64,000 nt of DNA from an uncultured Planctomycetaceae bacterium (GCA_963815195.1 CAWFGE010000015.1:128001-192000), one strand, 5' to 3'. Shown: positions 40,260-52,311, counted from the stretch's first letter. The notes: generated by a model from the sequence alone, not told the origin. Numbers and translations are program-made.

Positions 40260-41180
40260 ATGTTTCGTCATTTGCTGGTTCCGCTCGACGGCTCGACGCT
40301 TGCCGAGGCGGTGATGCCCGCGGTGCGGCATTTCCGGGCGCTCGGTGCCAAGGTGACGCTGCTCCACATGCTCGAGCGGAAACCTCCGCGGGAAATTCAC
40401 GGCCAGCCCCATCTCGCCTCGGCGGACGAGGCCGAAACCTATTTGAAGGAACTCGCCGAGCGGACCTTGCCCGGCGGTCCGGTGCAGCATCATGTCCACA
40501 CCAGCAAGATCGACGATGTGGCCCGCAGCATTGCGGACCATGCGGAGGAACTGGACATCGACTTGATCGTCCTGTGCACGCACGGAGCCGGGGGCGTAAG
40601 GCACGCGGTGTTCGGGAGCGTCGCCCAGAGCGTGATCGCTTTGGGCACGATCCCGGTGTTATTGATCCCGGAAACGCGAAACGGCGGGGCGCGCGGCTTT
40701 GCCTGCGGAAACATTCTCGTCCCGCTGGACGGAAATCCCGACCACGAGCAGGGACTCGCCGCGGTGGCGAACCTCGATGATGAGTCCGGGGGCGAGGTGC
40801 GGTTGTTGATGGTCGTTCCCGATCGGCGCAGCCTCAATCAGTCATACCAGATCGCTTCGCGGACGCTGCCCGGCACCGTGGCCGAATGGCTCGATGCTTC
40901 CTGCAGCGCCGCCGAGGTTTACCTCGGCGAAAAAGTGGCCGGCCTCAAGTCCCCCGGCCGGGCCGTCTCCGCGGAGGTGGTCCGCGGCGAACCTGTGCGG
41001 GCGATCGTCCAGGCCGCTCAGGGGAATCGGACGGATCTGATCGTCCTGGGCACGCACGGCACGACGCATTTGAACGCCTTCTGGTCCGAAAGCGTGACTC
41101 CGCAGCTTCTGCGAAAATCGCGCCTGCCGCTCTTGCTCGTGCCCGTCGCGATCGGCCGATCAGGATCGTTCGAGAAATAA
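40260..41180 (+). CDS. tandem-domain universal stress protein
   Basis: Two USP domains: HLLVPLDGS...LIVLCTHG...GSVA and NILVPLDG...LIVLGTHG. Confidence 0.92.
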   Translation: MFRHLLVPLDGSTLAEAVMPAVRHFRALGAKVTLLHMLERKPPREIHGQPHLASADEAETYLKELAERTLPGGPVQHHVHTSKIDDVARSIADHAEELDIDLIVLCTHGAGGVRHAVFGSVAQSVIALGTIPVLLIPETRNGGARGFACGNILVPLDGNPDHEQGLAAVANLDDESGGEVRLLMVVPDRRSLNQSYQIASRTLPGTVAEWLDASCSAAEVYLGEKVAGLKSPGRAVSAEVVRGEPVRAIVQAAQGNRTDLIVLGTHGTTHLNAFWSESVTPQLLRKSRLPLLLVPVAIGRSGSFEK

Positions 41181-41260
41181 CTGAGCGGACTGGCGCTAGC
41201 CACCGGTTGGTGGAACGTCAAAAACCGGCGGCGAGCGCCGTGCCGCTCAAATGTCGAGAT

Positions 41261-41650
41261 TCAAATCGCAATATCGAAGTTGTTGGGACCTTCTTTTGTC
41301 ACTTGTTTGGTGAGCGTGCTTTGCTCGTTGAATTTCGCCGGGATGGTTTCATCGCCGGCTTCTCCCGACATCTTGCTGATTTTGACGGTGTGCTTTCCAG
41401 GGACCGCGCCTTTGTGGTTGGGGGAGTAATCGAGCTCAAACTTCCCGTCGGCATCGGTCATGCCGCCGGAGCTTGGCCCTGTTTCGGGAAGGAACGTCAC
41501 GTTGGCTCCGTCGACCGGCTTGCCTGCCTGCGTCACCCGCCCGGTCACAGGAGCCAGGTCGGGAACATCAAGCGACTCGCCGCAACCGACGAAAAGGAAT
41601 GTGAGGACAATACAAGCGAAAAGAACCTTGGATGCTCGAATACAATTCAT
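41261..41650 (-). CDS. carboxypeptidase-regulatory-like domain lipoprotein (DUF1559 partner)
   Basis: Lipobox FVGC; PVTGRVT..GKPV, TDADGKFEL, GAVPGKHTVKI. Confidence 0.88.
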   Translation of the reverse strand: MNCIRASKVLFACIVLTFLFVGCGESLDVPDLAPVTGRVTQAGKPVDGANVTFLPETGPSSGGMTDADGKFELDYSPNHKGAVPGKHTVKISKMSGEAGDETIPAKFNEQSTLTKQVTKEGPNNFDIAI

Positions 41651-41754
41651 GGGGAATCCCCCTTCAAAAAAATCGCAAAGAAAGGACCTTGGGACGCATG
41701 AACCGGGGCTAGCGCCCGGCGGCTGACGAATCGGACAGTTTTTCGAGAAATCAC

Positions 41755-42710
41755 CTAAAAATCGCCGGGGATGTCGCCGGCACCGATCGTCACCAGACGG
41801 GCGACGGTCGTGGCATTGATATTCTGGCTCAGGAAGCGGACCGAGCCGTCGCCCAGAAGCAGTTGGGCCCCGCCGGTGTGGGCGCTGCCCGCGGCCCAAG
41901 CATACGGTGTCGGCACCGGCGGTGCATTCGGAACATTGATGCCCCGGCGGGGAATGATGTACATCGTGTGGGCATATTGGTTCCAGAAGGGACCGTAACT
42001 CGCGCTAGTTTTTAGCATCGGAGTTTCGATCATCAGCATGGTGTTCGAGCTGCCGTCGCTGATATCGGCGATGCGGGCGGCCCCGTTGTGCCAAAACGCC
42101 GATCTGTTGGTAAAATTGGCTCCGGTTAAACCCGTGAAGTTTGCACCCAGTTGCTATTTTGTTCAATATCATAGCCCACGAAGCCGTAGTTGGTGCGGTG
42201 GGCTAGATTGAGCGAATACACGCCCGCCGCGGTGCTCGTTCGCGGCGTGTTGTAGGGTTGATCGGAAGGGCACACCAACACCGTGAGGGCCTGGTTGAGG
42301 GCCGCGGCGTTCGACCACGAGCCGTCCGTGGTGCGCGAGCAATTGGTGGAGTGCCGGGCCTGCCCGGCCGCCTTCGAGAAGTTGATCTGCTTGTAAATCG
42401 GGGTCTGATCCAGGAAGGGCAGCAACAGCATGTACCCGGTGTGGTTCATAATCGTCGCGGTCGAGGAAAGGTAGTTGTTGCAGTTCGCCGCGCCCGGATT
42501 GATCGTGGCGGGGACGAACATCTTGTGGGTTTCGTGGTAGTTGTGAAGTGCCACGCCCAACTGCTTCAGATTGTTTTTGCACTGGCTGCGGCGGGCGGCT
42601 TCGCGGGCTTGTTGCACGGCGGGCAGCAACAGGGCGATCAGAATTGCGATGATGGCGATCACCACCAGCAATTCGATCAAGGTAAACCCGCGCTTGAGCT
42701 TCTCTTTCAT
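41755..42710 (-). CDS. DUF1559 prepilin-type protein (frameshift ~42130)
   Basis: [30 protein letters not shown] and [18 protein letters not shown]. Confidence 0.9.
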
Positions 42711-42865
42711 TCTGTTTCTCCTAGGATGGACGTAAAATAGAGCCGATTGCCCGGCATGAAAAAATGGAACAGTTCAAAACAAAATCGCTCTTCGGCGCTC
42801 GTGGCGACTCTGAAAGAGCGACTGTGTCGATTGGCAGGACATAATTTCGATGACGATTTCGGAGA

Positions 42866-43045
42866 TCATCTTCCCACGGCGGGATCGATTTCCCTAGCTT
42901 TTGTGTCGGTCGAGGGGTTTCCCTCCTCGGTCATGGCGGGATCGTCTTGGGACTTAGCATCCGTCGGTTGGCTGCCGCCGCAACCAAAAACGGTTAGCAC
43001 GGCGGCAAAAAAGATCAATGCCAATATGCGAAAACGGTTAATCAT
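42866..43045 (-). CDS. small lipoprotein (59 aa)
   Basis: MINRFRILALIFFAAVLTVFGCGG with a GGAG SD; lies directly after a DUF1559 gene. Translated by hand. Confidence 0.7.
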   Translation of the reverse strand: MINRFRILALIFFAAVLTVFGCGGSQPTDAKSQDDPAMTEEGNPSTDTKAREIDPAVGR

Positions 43046-43128
43046 GGAGAACTCCGCAGTTCAAAGGGAGTATCATCGCTCCGGTAAGACGTGTTTGCCG
43101 GCAACGCAGGGTGGATTATGAGCACGAG

Positions 43129-44163
<1,035 letters not shown>

Positions 44164-45365
44164 TCTGTTTTCCTCGAAATTAAGAAGGGGAAAAGGCACG
44201 AGAAAAGAGAAACCTTGAACCGGTTTGAGCGACCGGGTTCTATGATGGAATATCTCTGCGAGCGCAGATAAAGAATCTCAGGGATCCGCCAATTGCCGAA
44301 ACAAACCTTGGATGATTTCCTTTAGGGTTGAGTCGCCGTCGAACGCGGGTACAATAAAAAAACACTCTCCCCGGCGCGCATCGCGATCGCCGAGGTAGGG
44401 GACAGGGTTGGCGAGTCTTGGCTTTGGTCGGTTGGAACTCGCCAATCCTGGTTTTTTATTCCTCTTCAGGGAAATACGGGAGCACCGGCCAATCGCTGGC
44501 CCGCTCCGGAAAACGGTTACGGGGATTTTCTACAAAGGGTTTCCCGCCTTTCACAAAAAACAGTTCTGCACCAATCAAACCCGGATCCCCCCGAAAAGGA
44601 ATCGAAGATTTTTCCAAATTCCGAAATTTCCACAGGACCTTCGATCCGATACGTCCGCTTTCCCCAAACCTCAAACAATCCCCGGACGCCGTTTGTTGAA
44701 GTCGGATCCCGTTGCCGGCTCGCGGCACCTGGCTCCGCGGCACGTTTTGAATCCCTTCCCGCCGCCGCAATCGCACGGTTCATTGCGGCCGAACTTGGCG
44801 CATGGTATGGCGAATTGGTGTCGAACGCTTGCAGAGGGCGTCCTCGAACGGGCCGGCATCCCGCTCATCATCCCCGGGCGTCATCGCGATCACCTGATCC
44901 AGTTCGGCGTCCGGCCCGCCTTTTCCCTGATCCTGTCTTTTATCACCAGGCTCATGTGCTGCGTCCCCGCTGATCCGGTCCCACGCTCCAATCAAAACCA
45001 GAAGGCACATTCGCCTGGCCAACGCAGCGCCGATTGACTTTTCACGACGGGAAGAATTCGGACCTGCGCGCAATGTCATTCGCCCTTGCCGGCCTCGGGA
45101 GATCTCAATGGCAACGGCTCGGCGGTTTCCCGATTGCGGCCCGCGTCCGACTCGACTTAATCTACTCCCTTTTGGCGAAAAGCATTTATTAACAATAGTC
45201 CCTCCCATCGTCACGATGGCGGGATTCGCTTTCAATGCCCTGTCAGCCGGGCGAATTCGTTTTTCTCCCGGCACGGTTCACGAAACGCCTTTTCATCGAC
45301 GGGGCGTCATCTAGGTTTGTCTTAACCGTTTACTTTCCCTCTTTCTCTTGCGAAGAGTGCGCACC

Positions 45366-47714
45366 ATGAGAGTGTCCCTGAACCAGGTTCTCACGTCCTT
45401 TTCTCAACAATTCCGGAGCCACGCGTCACGGCGCCGCCGGGCGAACCCGTTTACGCGGACGGTCGAAATACTTGAAGAGCGAACATTACTGAGCGCCGTC
45501 GCAGATCCCGGGCTCGAAGGCGTGGATGCATTCGGAAACACGTATGATGCCCTCCCCGAGCTCCCGGACGAGTATGCCGCCGACTTGGGACCGGCGGACG
45601 GCACCGGCAATTTTGACGGCACCGGCACGATTGCAGACCTCTCGCAGACATTCTTCCTCAACAGCGACCCCGGAGCCGCCCAGACGATCTACCTGGATTT
45701 CAACGGCGAGGTGACTTCAGGCACAAGTTGGAACAGCGCGTTCACGGGTGGTGCCAACATCGTCACGCCCGCCTACAGCATGGACAGCGATCCGGCGTTC
45801 AGCAATACGGAGTTGGCGGCGATCCAAGGCATCTGGCAGCGCGTGGCGGAGGATTTCCTGCCCTTCGACGTGAACGTCACCACGCAGGACCCCGGATCCG
45901 CAGCCCTCGCGAAGAGCGGTTCAAGCGATGCCGCCTGGGGTGTGCGGGTGGTCATCGGCGGCGATGGGACCTGGTACGCTGCCAACGTCGGCGGCGTGGC
46001 CTATGTGGGGTCCTTCAATTGGAGCAGCGATACCCCGGCGTTCGTGTATGAAGACCACCTCGGCAACGGGGCCGAGAAATACACCGCCGAAGCCATCAGC
46101 CACGAAGCCGGGCACACCTTGGGGTTGTCCCACGATGGCACCTCCACCACGGGCTACTACGCCGGCCAAGGCAGCGGCGAGACCGGTTGGGCCCCGATCA
46201 TGGGAGTGGGGTATTATCAGAACTTCACGCAGTGGAGCCAGGGCGAATACGCCGACGCCAACAACCATCAGGACGACCTGGCCATCATCACCTCGCAAAA
46301 TGGATTCGGCTACCGATCCGACGATGCGGGCAACACGGCGGGCACCGCGGCGGTGCTGTTTTCCTCAAGCGGAATCGTTTCGGATTCCGGGATCATCGAA
46401 CGCCGCTCGGACGTGGACGTTTTCGCGTTCAACACCGGTGCCGGCACGATCAATCTGCAAGGCCTGGTCGCCGGCCGCGGGGCCGACCTCGACCTGCTGC
46501 TGGAACTTTACGATGCGGGCGGCCGTCTGGTCGCGTCCGCCAATCCGGCCGATCAACTCAGCGCGAGTTTGAGCGCGACGGTCGGCGCGGGGACTTATTA
46601 TCTTTCCGTCAGCGGCGTCGGGAAAGGCGATCCGTTGACCACCGGCTACAGCGATTATGCGAGCATCGGTTCCTATCGGCTCACGGGCAGCATCATCGAA
46701 ACCAACCAAACCTTTCCCGCCTATCTGTCTCTCTCCGCCGCCAATGCCGACCGCAGCGAAGGCGATTCCGGTTCCACGGCTTTTACCTTCACCGTGACCC
46801 GCACCGGCGACACATCGAGCGCGGTCAGCGTGAATTATGCGCTGACAAGCTCCCAGGCCGACGCCAACGATTTCGTCGGCGGCTTGCCCGCCGGGACTCT
46901 AAACTTTGCCGCGGGTGAAACCAGCAAGACGATCACGATTTTGGTGGCGGGCGATCTGGCGATCGAAAGCGACGAGTCGTTCACCCTCTCGCTGGCGAAC
47001 GCGTCCTCTGGCGCCGAGATCACCACGGGCACGGCCGTCGGCACCATTCGCAACGACGACCACCCGGGCATTCTCGTCAGCCCCACCAGCGGCTTGACGA
47101 CGAGCGAATCCGGCGGGACCGCCTCATTCACGGTGGTCCTTACCTCCGCTCCCACGGCCGACGTGGTGATCAACGTCGCCTCGCTAAACACGGCGGAAGG
47201 CGTGGTCAATGTCAGCCAACTGCGGTTCACCTCCGCCAACTGGAACATCGCGCAAACGGTGGTCGTCACCGGCGTGGACGACGCCGTCCGCGATGGAAAC
47301 CAAAGCTACACCGTCGTCCTCAGCCCCGCGCAAAGCAGCGATCCCAGTTACAACGGAGTCGATCCCGCGGACGTGCAACTCGTGAATCAGGACAACGACA
47401 AGCGCGGTGGACATGGCGGCGGAGGAGGCGGCAACACGACAGGCGGCGGGAAAGGAAATCTGAAAAAGTCTCCCGCCGCTGCCGATTCTTTGGACGACGG
47501 AACCGACGGCGAACCGGTTTTGGGCCAGGTCTTGACCCCCCAAAGCCCGACCCCGGTGACGGAATCTCAGAGCACAGTTCAGGGAACGGAGCATTCCAAA
47601 ACAGCCTCCGCCAAATCCGGTCATTCCCAGGTCGCTTCACAACACGAAACGTCCAATGGCCATTTGGACCGGTTATTTACCCAATTCGGCCCGCTGTTGG
47701 GGGAACTCCTGTAA
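45366..47714 (+). CDS. secreted zinc metalloprotease (reprolysin-like) with PPC and Calx-beta domains
   Basis: Planctomycete LEERTLL N-terminal motif, IYLDFNG, HEAGHTLGLSHD and Calx-beta (GTLNFAAGETSKTITI). Confidence 0.88.
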   Translation: MRVSLNQVLTSFSQQFRSHASRRRRANPFTRTVEILEERTLLSAVADPGLEGVDAFGNTYDALPELPDEYAADLGPADGTGNFDGTGTIADLSQTFFLNSDPGAAQTIYLDFNGEVTSGTSWNSAFTGGANIVTPAYSMDSDPAFSNTELAAIQGIWQRVAEDFLPFDVNVTTQDPGSAALAKSGSSDAAWGVRVVIGGDGTWYAANVGGVAYVGSFNWSSDTPAFVYEDHLGNGAEKYTAEAISHEAGHTLGLSHDGTSTTGYYAGQGSGETGWAPIMGVGYYQNFTQWSQGEYADANNHQDDLAIITSQNGFGYRSDDAGNTAGTAAVLFSSSGIVSDSGIIERRSDVDVFAFNTGAGTINLQGLVAGRGADLDLLLELYDAGGRLVASANPADQLSASLSATVGAGTYYLSVSGVGKGDPLTTGYSDYASIGSYRLTGSIIETNQTFPAYLSLSAANADRSEGDSGSTAFTFTVTRTGDTSSAVSVNYALTSSQADANDFVGGLPAGTLNFAAGETSKTITILVAGDLAIESDESFTLSLANASSGAEITTGTAVGTIRNDDHPGILVSPTSGLTTSESGGTASFTVVLTSAPTADVVINVASLNTAEGVVNVSQLRFTSANWNIAQTVVVTGVDDAVRDGNQSYTVVLSPAQSSDPSYNGVDPADVQLVNQDNDKRGGHGGGGGGNTTGGGKGNLKKSPAAADSLDDGTDGEPVLGQVLTPQSPTPVTESQSTVQGTEHSKTASAKSGHSQVASQHETSNGHLDRLFTQFGPLLGELL

Positions 47715-47877
47715 CCGCCGCCGCCCCAAACTCAATGTTGCCTGAGCCACGCTTTCCGGTATTTCAGGGAACGGGAGTGAATCCTTTTGGCATCTCGGTG
47801 TTGCCGGGGAGTAGCGCAATTGCATCGGCCGAAGTGATCGCGTTGAGCGAATCTTGGCCGAAGGGCTGAGCCAGGTT

Positions 47878-48471
47878 TTACAAATTCTCGTTGGGAAAAT
47901 GGCGGCGGATTTCCGCGATCTGCCGGCGCACATGGCGTTCGGAACAGCCGAGTTTACGGGAGATATCGAGATTCGTGTAGCCCATCAATTTCCAAACCAC
48001 AATCTCGCGGTCGTCTTCCGGGATCGCCTCCAAAAGCTCCTCGATAACCAGGTCAAAAGCGTGAAACCCCATTTCTCCGATCTGGGAATCTAAGGCCCAA
48101 TCCCCTTGTGCGAACACAGCGCCGAGGTCCGTTTCGTTGAAGACTTTTCCTCCGCCCCGTTTTTGCCGAGACCGGTATTTGAGAAAATCCTTCGCTTGAC
48201 GGACGGTGATTTTTGCCAGGAACGCCCAGAGCCCGAACCGGTCCATATCGAAGGCGGCTTTGTCTTTGGTCGCTTTGGTCCAGAATTTGACGAGGGACTC
48301 TTGGGCCGCATCTTCCGCATCCTGGTAGCTGCCCAGAATCTTGTTGGCGACCCCGACAAGCCGCGGGAAAAACAAATCCCAAAACTCTTTCGTCTTCGCC
48401 TCATCGACATCGCAAACTCCCTGCAGCAGCAGGGTTACGGATCCCGGCGGATTGTGTTCTGTGGAATTCAT
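47878..48471 (-). CDS. ECF-type sigma factor
   Basis: GSVTLLL, DAEDAAQE, RQKRGGG, GYTNLDISRKLGCSERHVRR. Confidence 0.88.
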   Translation of the reverse strand: MNSTEHNPPGSVTLLLQGVCDVDEAKTKEFWDLFFPRLVGVANKILGSYQDAEDAAQESLVKFWTKATKDKAAFDMDRFGLWAFLAKITVRQAKDFLKYRSRQKRGGGKVFNETDLGAVFAQGDWALDSQIGEMGFHAFDLVIEELLEAIPEDDREIVVWKLMGYTNLDISRKLGCSERHVRRQIAEIRRHFPNENL

Positions 48472-49020
48472 CGCCACAAATCTCCGAAACACGACAAATC
48501 TCCGAAATGGGTCAATGCCGATTCGCAACGAATCGAGGCGATCCGGGTTTTTCCAAAAAACACGTGGGATATTTGTCCGCCCGAACGCCCCATTCGTCGT
48601 TTATCCTAAAAACGCCGGCGAGTTTTTTCGGACATTCCCCGATCTGTGTTCCCAAAATAGCCAAGTCGCATTCCCACTTTCCCTTACCCTCGAACCAAAA
48701 CTTTCACACCGCAAGGCACCGCGCTCCTCGTATCGCTTTGATAGGTCCCGCCTCTCAACATCATACCAGTCTGCGGGACGGGAACGAATCTCGCGCCCGC
48801 AAAGATGCACGATGCGTCCCAAAGAATCCGTTTCGTGTGCTCAGTATTGCACGCCATTTTTGTCCACTGTCTCCTGATCTCTAAAAGCCCATTCGTTCCT
48901 CAGGATCCGCCGAACCGGTTTTGTCCGAAGGCACGAAAATCGCTCTCACTTGTTTCCCCCTCCCCGAACGAATCGACTGAATCTCAGAGCCTCCCCTCTT
49001 CTCTGTCCAGAGTGACATCC

Positions 49021-49792
49021 ATGACGCGACTCCTCTCACCCCCGGCTCGGGTAGCCGCTCATCGCGACTCCCCTGTCGAGTACCGGATTGCCAATTCGAA
49101 AAACGACCGGCTGGCGGCGTTTCGGCTGGTTTACGAACACTACGTCCAAACCGGTTTGATCGCTTCCAATTCATTTCGTTACCGCATCACGCCGTACCAC
49201 TTGCTTCCCGAGACGCAAATCTTCCTGGCCGTCCAAAATGAGCAACCGATGTGCACGGTCAGCCTCGTGTCCGACAGAGCCTTCGGGCTGCCGATGGAAA
49301 GCATCTACCACGAAGAGGTCGCCACTTCGCGGGGCCAAAATCGGCGTGTGGGGGAAGTGTCTTGCCTTGCGGGCTGCCCGGGGAACTTTCGCAGCTTTCT
49401 GCCGATGTTCGTCCAACTTACGCGGCTGATGGCCCAGTACGCGCAAGAACGGCATGCACCAGTTTCTGATCGCCGTGCACCCCAAACACGCCGGGTTCTA
49501 CCAGCGGTTCATGGGTTTCGAGCAGATCGGCCCGATTCGCCAATACCCATCGGTGCAAAATGCGCCCGCGGTGGCCTGCTGCTTGGACTTTGAACGGATC
49601 GACCGAGAACGCCCCAAATGCTGGTATGATTTTTTTGGTACGCCGATTCCGAACTCGCGGCTGCAAACGTCGCCCTTGACCCACGAAGAGTTCGAGGTTT
49701 ATCAGCAGATCGTGGCAGCCGATCGTTCCCCGGAACGCGAAGACCATGAGGCATCGTGGCTCGACCGCCTGGTTTGTTCCAAACCGCGATGA
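49021..49792 (+). CDS. N-acyl amino acid synthase FeeM-like GNAT protein (frameshift ~49450)
   Basis: AAFRLVYEHY, ITPYHLL, GLPMESIY, GEVSCLA, then IAVHPKHAGFYQRFMGF...VQNAPAV. Confidence 0.8.
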
Positions 49793-49954
49793 GCGGGTTT
49801 TGCCAGGCCGTCGGCCAATCCCAATCGGCCATCTCCAGGTTCATTTTTGCCCCGATTTTCGGGTGGGACGGTTTGAAAACGCCCGGCGGGAAAATCCCGC
49901 CAGACTTGAAGTTTCTTTTGCATCCCTCGACGGGGATTACGGAGACTGTGACTT

Positions 49955-50125
49955 GAGCGAGGCCACCAACGCCGCCAGCGTGGTGAGCGTGGTCATCAAG
50001 CAGGGACGGACCCGCTTGAGGCCGGCTTCGTAAATCGCCTCGCGCAAGTCGTCCACCGTCTGAATCTGCCGGCGTTTGAGCACCTGGCGGATGTAGGTCG
50101 CCATTACCACGCCGTCATCGACGGC
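49955..50125 (-). pseudogene. internal fragment of a CusA/CzcA RND transporter
   Basis: Hand translation: AVDDGVVMATYIRQ...EAIYEAGLKRVRPCLMTTLTTLAAL. Confidence 0.75.
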
Positions 50126-50195
50126 CGGTTGAGCGCCCTGTTAGGCCCGACAACGCCTTGGTTAAGCACGCAATGCCGCGAGTCGATCAGACTGG

Positions 50196-50594
50196 CTACA
50201 TGCTGAGACCGTCGAACTGTCCGATGTACCAAAGTTCGTAACCATCCCCCTGCACGGATTTCGGCTCGGTGAACTCGTCCTTGTCAGCCACGAAGCAAGT
50301 GTTCGCGTCCTTCGCGTTTAAACGCCCGATCACGTTCAGTACGGCTTCGATTGCGTCATCGGGAAACCCCCAGCCTTCGATCAAAGTTCGTGCATCGGGT
50401 TGAGCGTGAAACTGTGCGTAAACCATGTCATGGTCGTAGAACTGCTCACCCTGATCCGCCGCGAACCGGCTGATCGGCGGCTCTTCAACGTCCTCGGAAT
50501 CGTCGTTTTCGTCGGCGAACGTCTCCTCCATATACTCGTCGAGATCGTCCTCCGATGCGAAGCGAGCGATCCAGACATGGGCGTCCTTAATCAA
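50196..50594 (-). CDS. immunity protein Imm22-like
   Basis: HVWIARFASEDDLDEY...SRFAADQG..FYDHD...LWYIGQF; acidic, 132 aa. Confidence 0.75.
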   Translation of the reverse strand: MIKDAHVWIARFASEDDLDEYMEETFADENDDSEDVEEPPISRFAADQGEQFYDHDMVYAQFHAQPDARTLIEGWGFPDDAIEAVLNVIGRLNAKDANTCFVADKDEFTEPKSVQGDGYELWYIGQFDGLSM

Positions 50595-50619
50595 CGCTTT
50601 CTCCTTTTAAAAAATTGCC

Positions 50620-50703
50620 GCCTAACGTTCAAGTTCACGCGGCGGGCGCGTTTGACGTTGATTTCAAAACGGACGTTGCCGCCCGCTCGCGTGCAACGCC
50701 TTG
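50620..50703 (+). other. attC-like recombination site (degenerate right end)
   Basis: GCCTAAC (RYYYAAC) followed by the imperfect hairpin GTTCACGCGGCGGGCG...CGCCCGCTCGCGTGCAAC. Confidence 0.55.
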
Positions 50704-50773
50704 CCCGCCGGGTGCCACGGGCAGCTTGCCTGCCCGTGTTCTTGATACCATGAAGCTTTGATTCTCGCAACTC

Positions 50774-50800
50774 GCACTGGCAACAAGTTGCCAGTGGCAC
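50774..50800. repeat. REP palindrome (identical copy at 51576-51602)
   Basis: GCACTGGCAACAAGTTGCCAGTGGCAC. Confidence 0.8.
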
Positions 50801-50858
50801 TCGAAAAGGGACGACTTTGGATTACGCTTTTACTTTGCCAGCGCCACCCCGCCCGAAT

Positions 50859-51320
50859 TCAGTCGGATTCTTGAACCTTCTTCAGTTCGTGCAAGTCGGC
50901 CAAGTCCTGCGGACGGCCGGCTGCGGTTTTTGCGCGGATTAAATCGCTTAAGCTGAGAAAGTTTGCCGGCTCATCTCCGAAAGACGCTTCGACACGCCTT
51001 TTCCATAACGTGGAAAACTTGGCACAACCGAGCAGGCTCGTCAATAAATCGATTCTTACTGGAGCAACTCCCAATTGAATGACCCAATCCGGTTCCAAAA
51101 CATCGTCGACACCGTAACCCAAATCCACACCGCCGAAAAACGATCGGACCGCGTCCAGCACCCGGCGGGCGTTTCTCGGCTTTGCATCGATCAGAATATC
51201 CAGATCCTTAGTCGCTCTGGGGCGGGCGTGATGAGCGAGCGCGTGTGCTCCCACGACCAGATACTTGACTCCATGGGCATTTAACTCGGCGATGAACTCT
51301 TCGAAATCGGGGTACGCCAT
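50859..51320 (-). CDS. nucleotidyltransferase-fold protein
   Basis: YLVVGAHALAHH..PRATKDLDIL...RIDLL...KTAAGRPQDLAD. Confidence 0.85.
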   Translation of the reverse strand: MAYPDFEEFIAELNAHGVKYLVVGAHALAHHARPRATKDLDILIDAKPRNARRVLDAVRSFFGGVDLGYGVDDVLEPDWVIQLGVAPVRIDLLTSLLGCAKFSTLWKRRVEASFGDEPANFLSLSDLIRAKTAAGRPQDLADLHELKKVQESD

Positions 51321-51498
51321 GGATGCCTTTGGCTTTCAGGCTCGATTCCAACGCCTCATAAACGGCCAACACCCGCTCCGCGGGCGTCATGCCGTGATAC
51401 CAGAACTCAAAGTCCGCCTCCTCGGCTTCGCTTTGGTGAACCCTTTGAATGGTCCAAACCCGCCCGCGGGCATCTTTGACTTGCCGTCGCTTTTGCAT
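51208..51498 (-). CDS. small partner protein overlapping the nucleotidyltransferase
   Basis: DFEFWYHGMTPAERV...VPRFRRV; overlapping operon arrangement. Confidence 0.6.
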   Translation of the reverse strand: MQKRRQVKDARGRVWTIQRVHQSEAEEADFEFWYHGMTPAERVLAVYEALESSLKAKGIHGVPRFRRVHRRVKCPWSQVSGRGSTRARSSRPPQSD

Positions 51499-51793
51499 CT
51501 CGCCCTTGCCCCTTGGTGAAGCGGATCATTGACGACCCAAAGTATAATGGATCGAGCTTCGTCCGTCGCTGGAAAGCACTGGCAACAAGTTGCCAGTGGC
51601 ACCCGGCGGGTGTGCGTGTTAATAATCGAACATCTGGCCAGCCACGCCCCCCATTTTCCAGTAATTGAGGGGTCAGCACGCCCCAATGTCCCATCACCCC
51701 GAACGAACTCTGAGTTCGGGTGTGGGACAGGGGGGCTGGGGGTGCGACATGGGCATTTGGCAACATTCTGCATATAGGGGGGTGCCAGTAGAT

Positions 51794-51860
51794 GTAGGGC
51801 AGGCTCCGGCCTGCCGATTTGTTGTGACGTTTAATAATGGCAGGCGGGAGCCTGCCCTAC
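51794..51860. repeat. GTAG-type REP doublet
   Basis: GTAGGGCAGGCTCCGGCCTGCC ... GGCAGGCGGGAGCCTGCCCTAC. Confidence 0.75.
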
Positions 51861-51966
51861 TCGGCTGCTCGTAATGGTAGTCCAGTTGCGGGGTGCCGAA
51901 CTCGTCGGTCTCGTGCAGCAGCTTTTTTCTGTCCCATACGTTGCCGAGTCACTCGTGCAAGGCTGT

Positions 51967-52311
51967 TTACTCGTGCAGCCTCGGATCCCGTTCCAGCAAA
52001 TTGCATAGTTTTTCTAGTTGGGACACATAGCCGGGAAAGAATTCTGGCCGTGCAAACGCACCCGCTCCTTGGTCACGGATCAGTTGAAGAGAGTGTTTTG
52101 CTGCCTTGTGTATAAGCATGACGCTTAAAGAGTCCCTTTGGCGTAGGTCGAAGTAGCCCATCGATGTCGAAGTTCTGGCATCTAATAACTCTTGCGCTAA
52201 TTCTGAATTGTCAAGTGCAATATGCCGCGCCATTTCTTCCATTGCATTGTCGAATACCCATGACGCCGGAAGCCAGTCATCCGTTTCATTGATTACAAAT
52301 GTACCTGCCAT
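51967..52311 (-). CDS. hypothetical, probable immunity protein
   Basis: 114 aa, lower GC, GGAG SD; follows a toxin-tail-like fragment. Confidence 0.6.
   Translation of the reverse strand: MAGTFVINETDDWLPASWVFDNAMEEMARHIALDNSELAQELLDARTSTSMGYFDLRQRDSLSVMLIHKAAKHSLQLIRDQGAGAFARPEFFPGYVSQLEKLCNLLERDPRLHE

Noticed and set aside
44700..44800. SEC-C-like motif GRNEPCDCGGGK on the minus strand
   Set aside because: Degenerate and not in a convincing ORF; at most a small remnant.
47803..47860. GGGGAGTAG resembling a yybP-ykoY riboswitch
   Set aside because: Lies between convergent genes, lacks the other conserved loop motifs and has no downstream gene to control.
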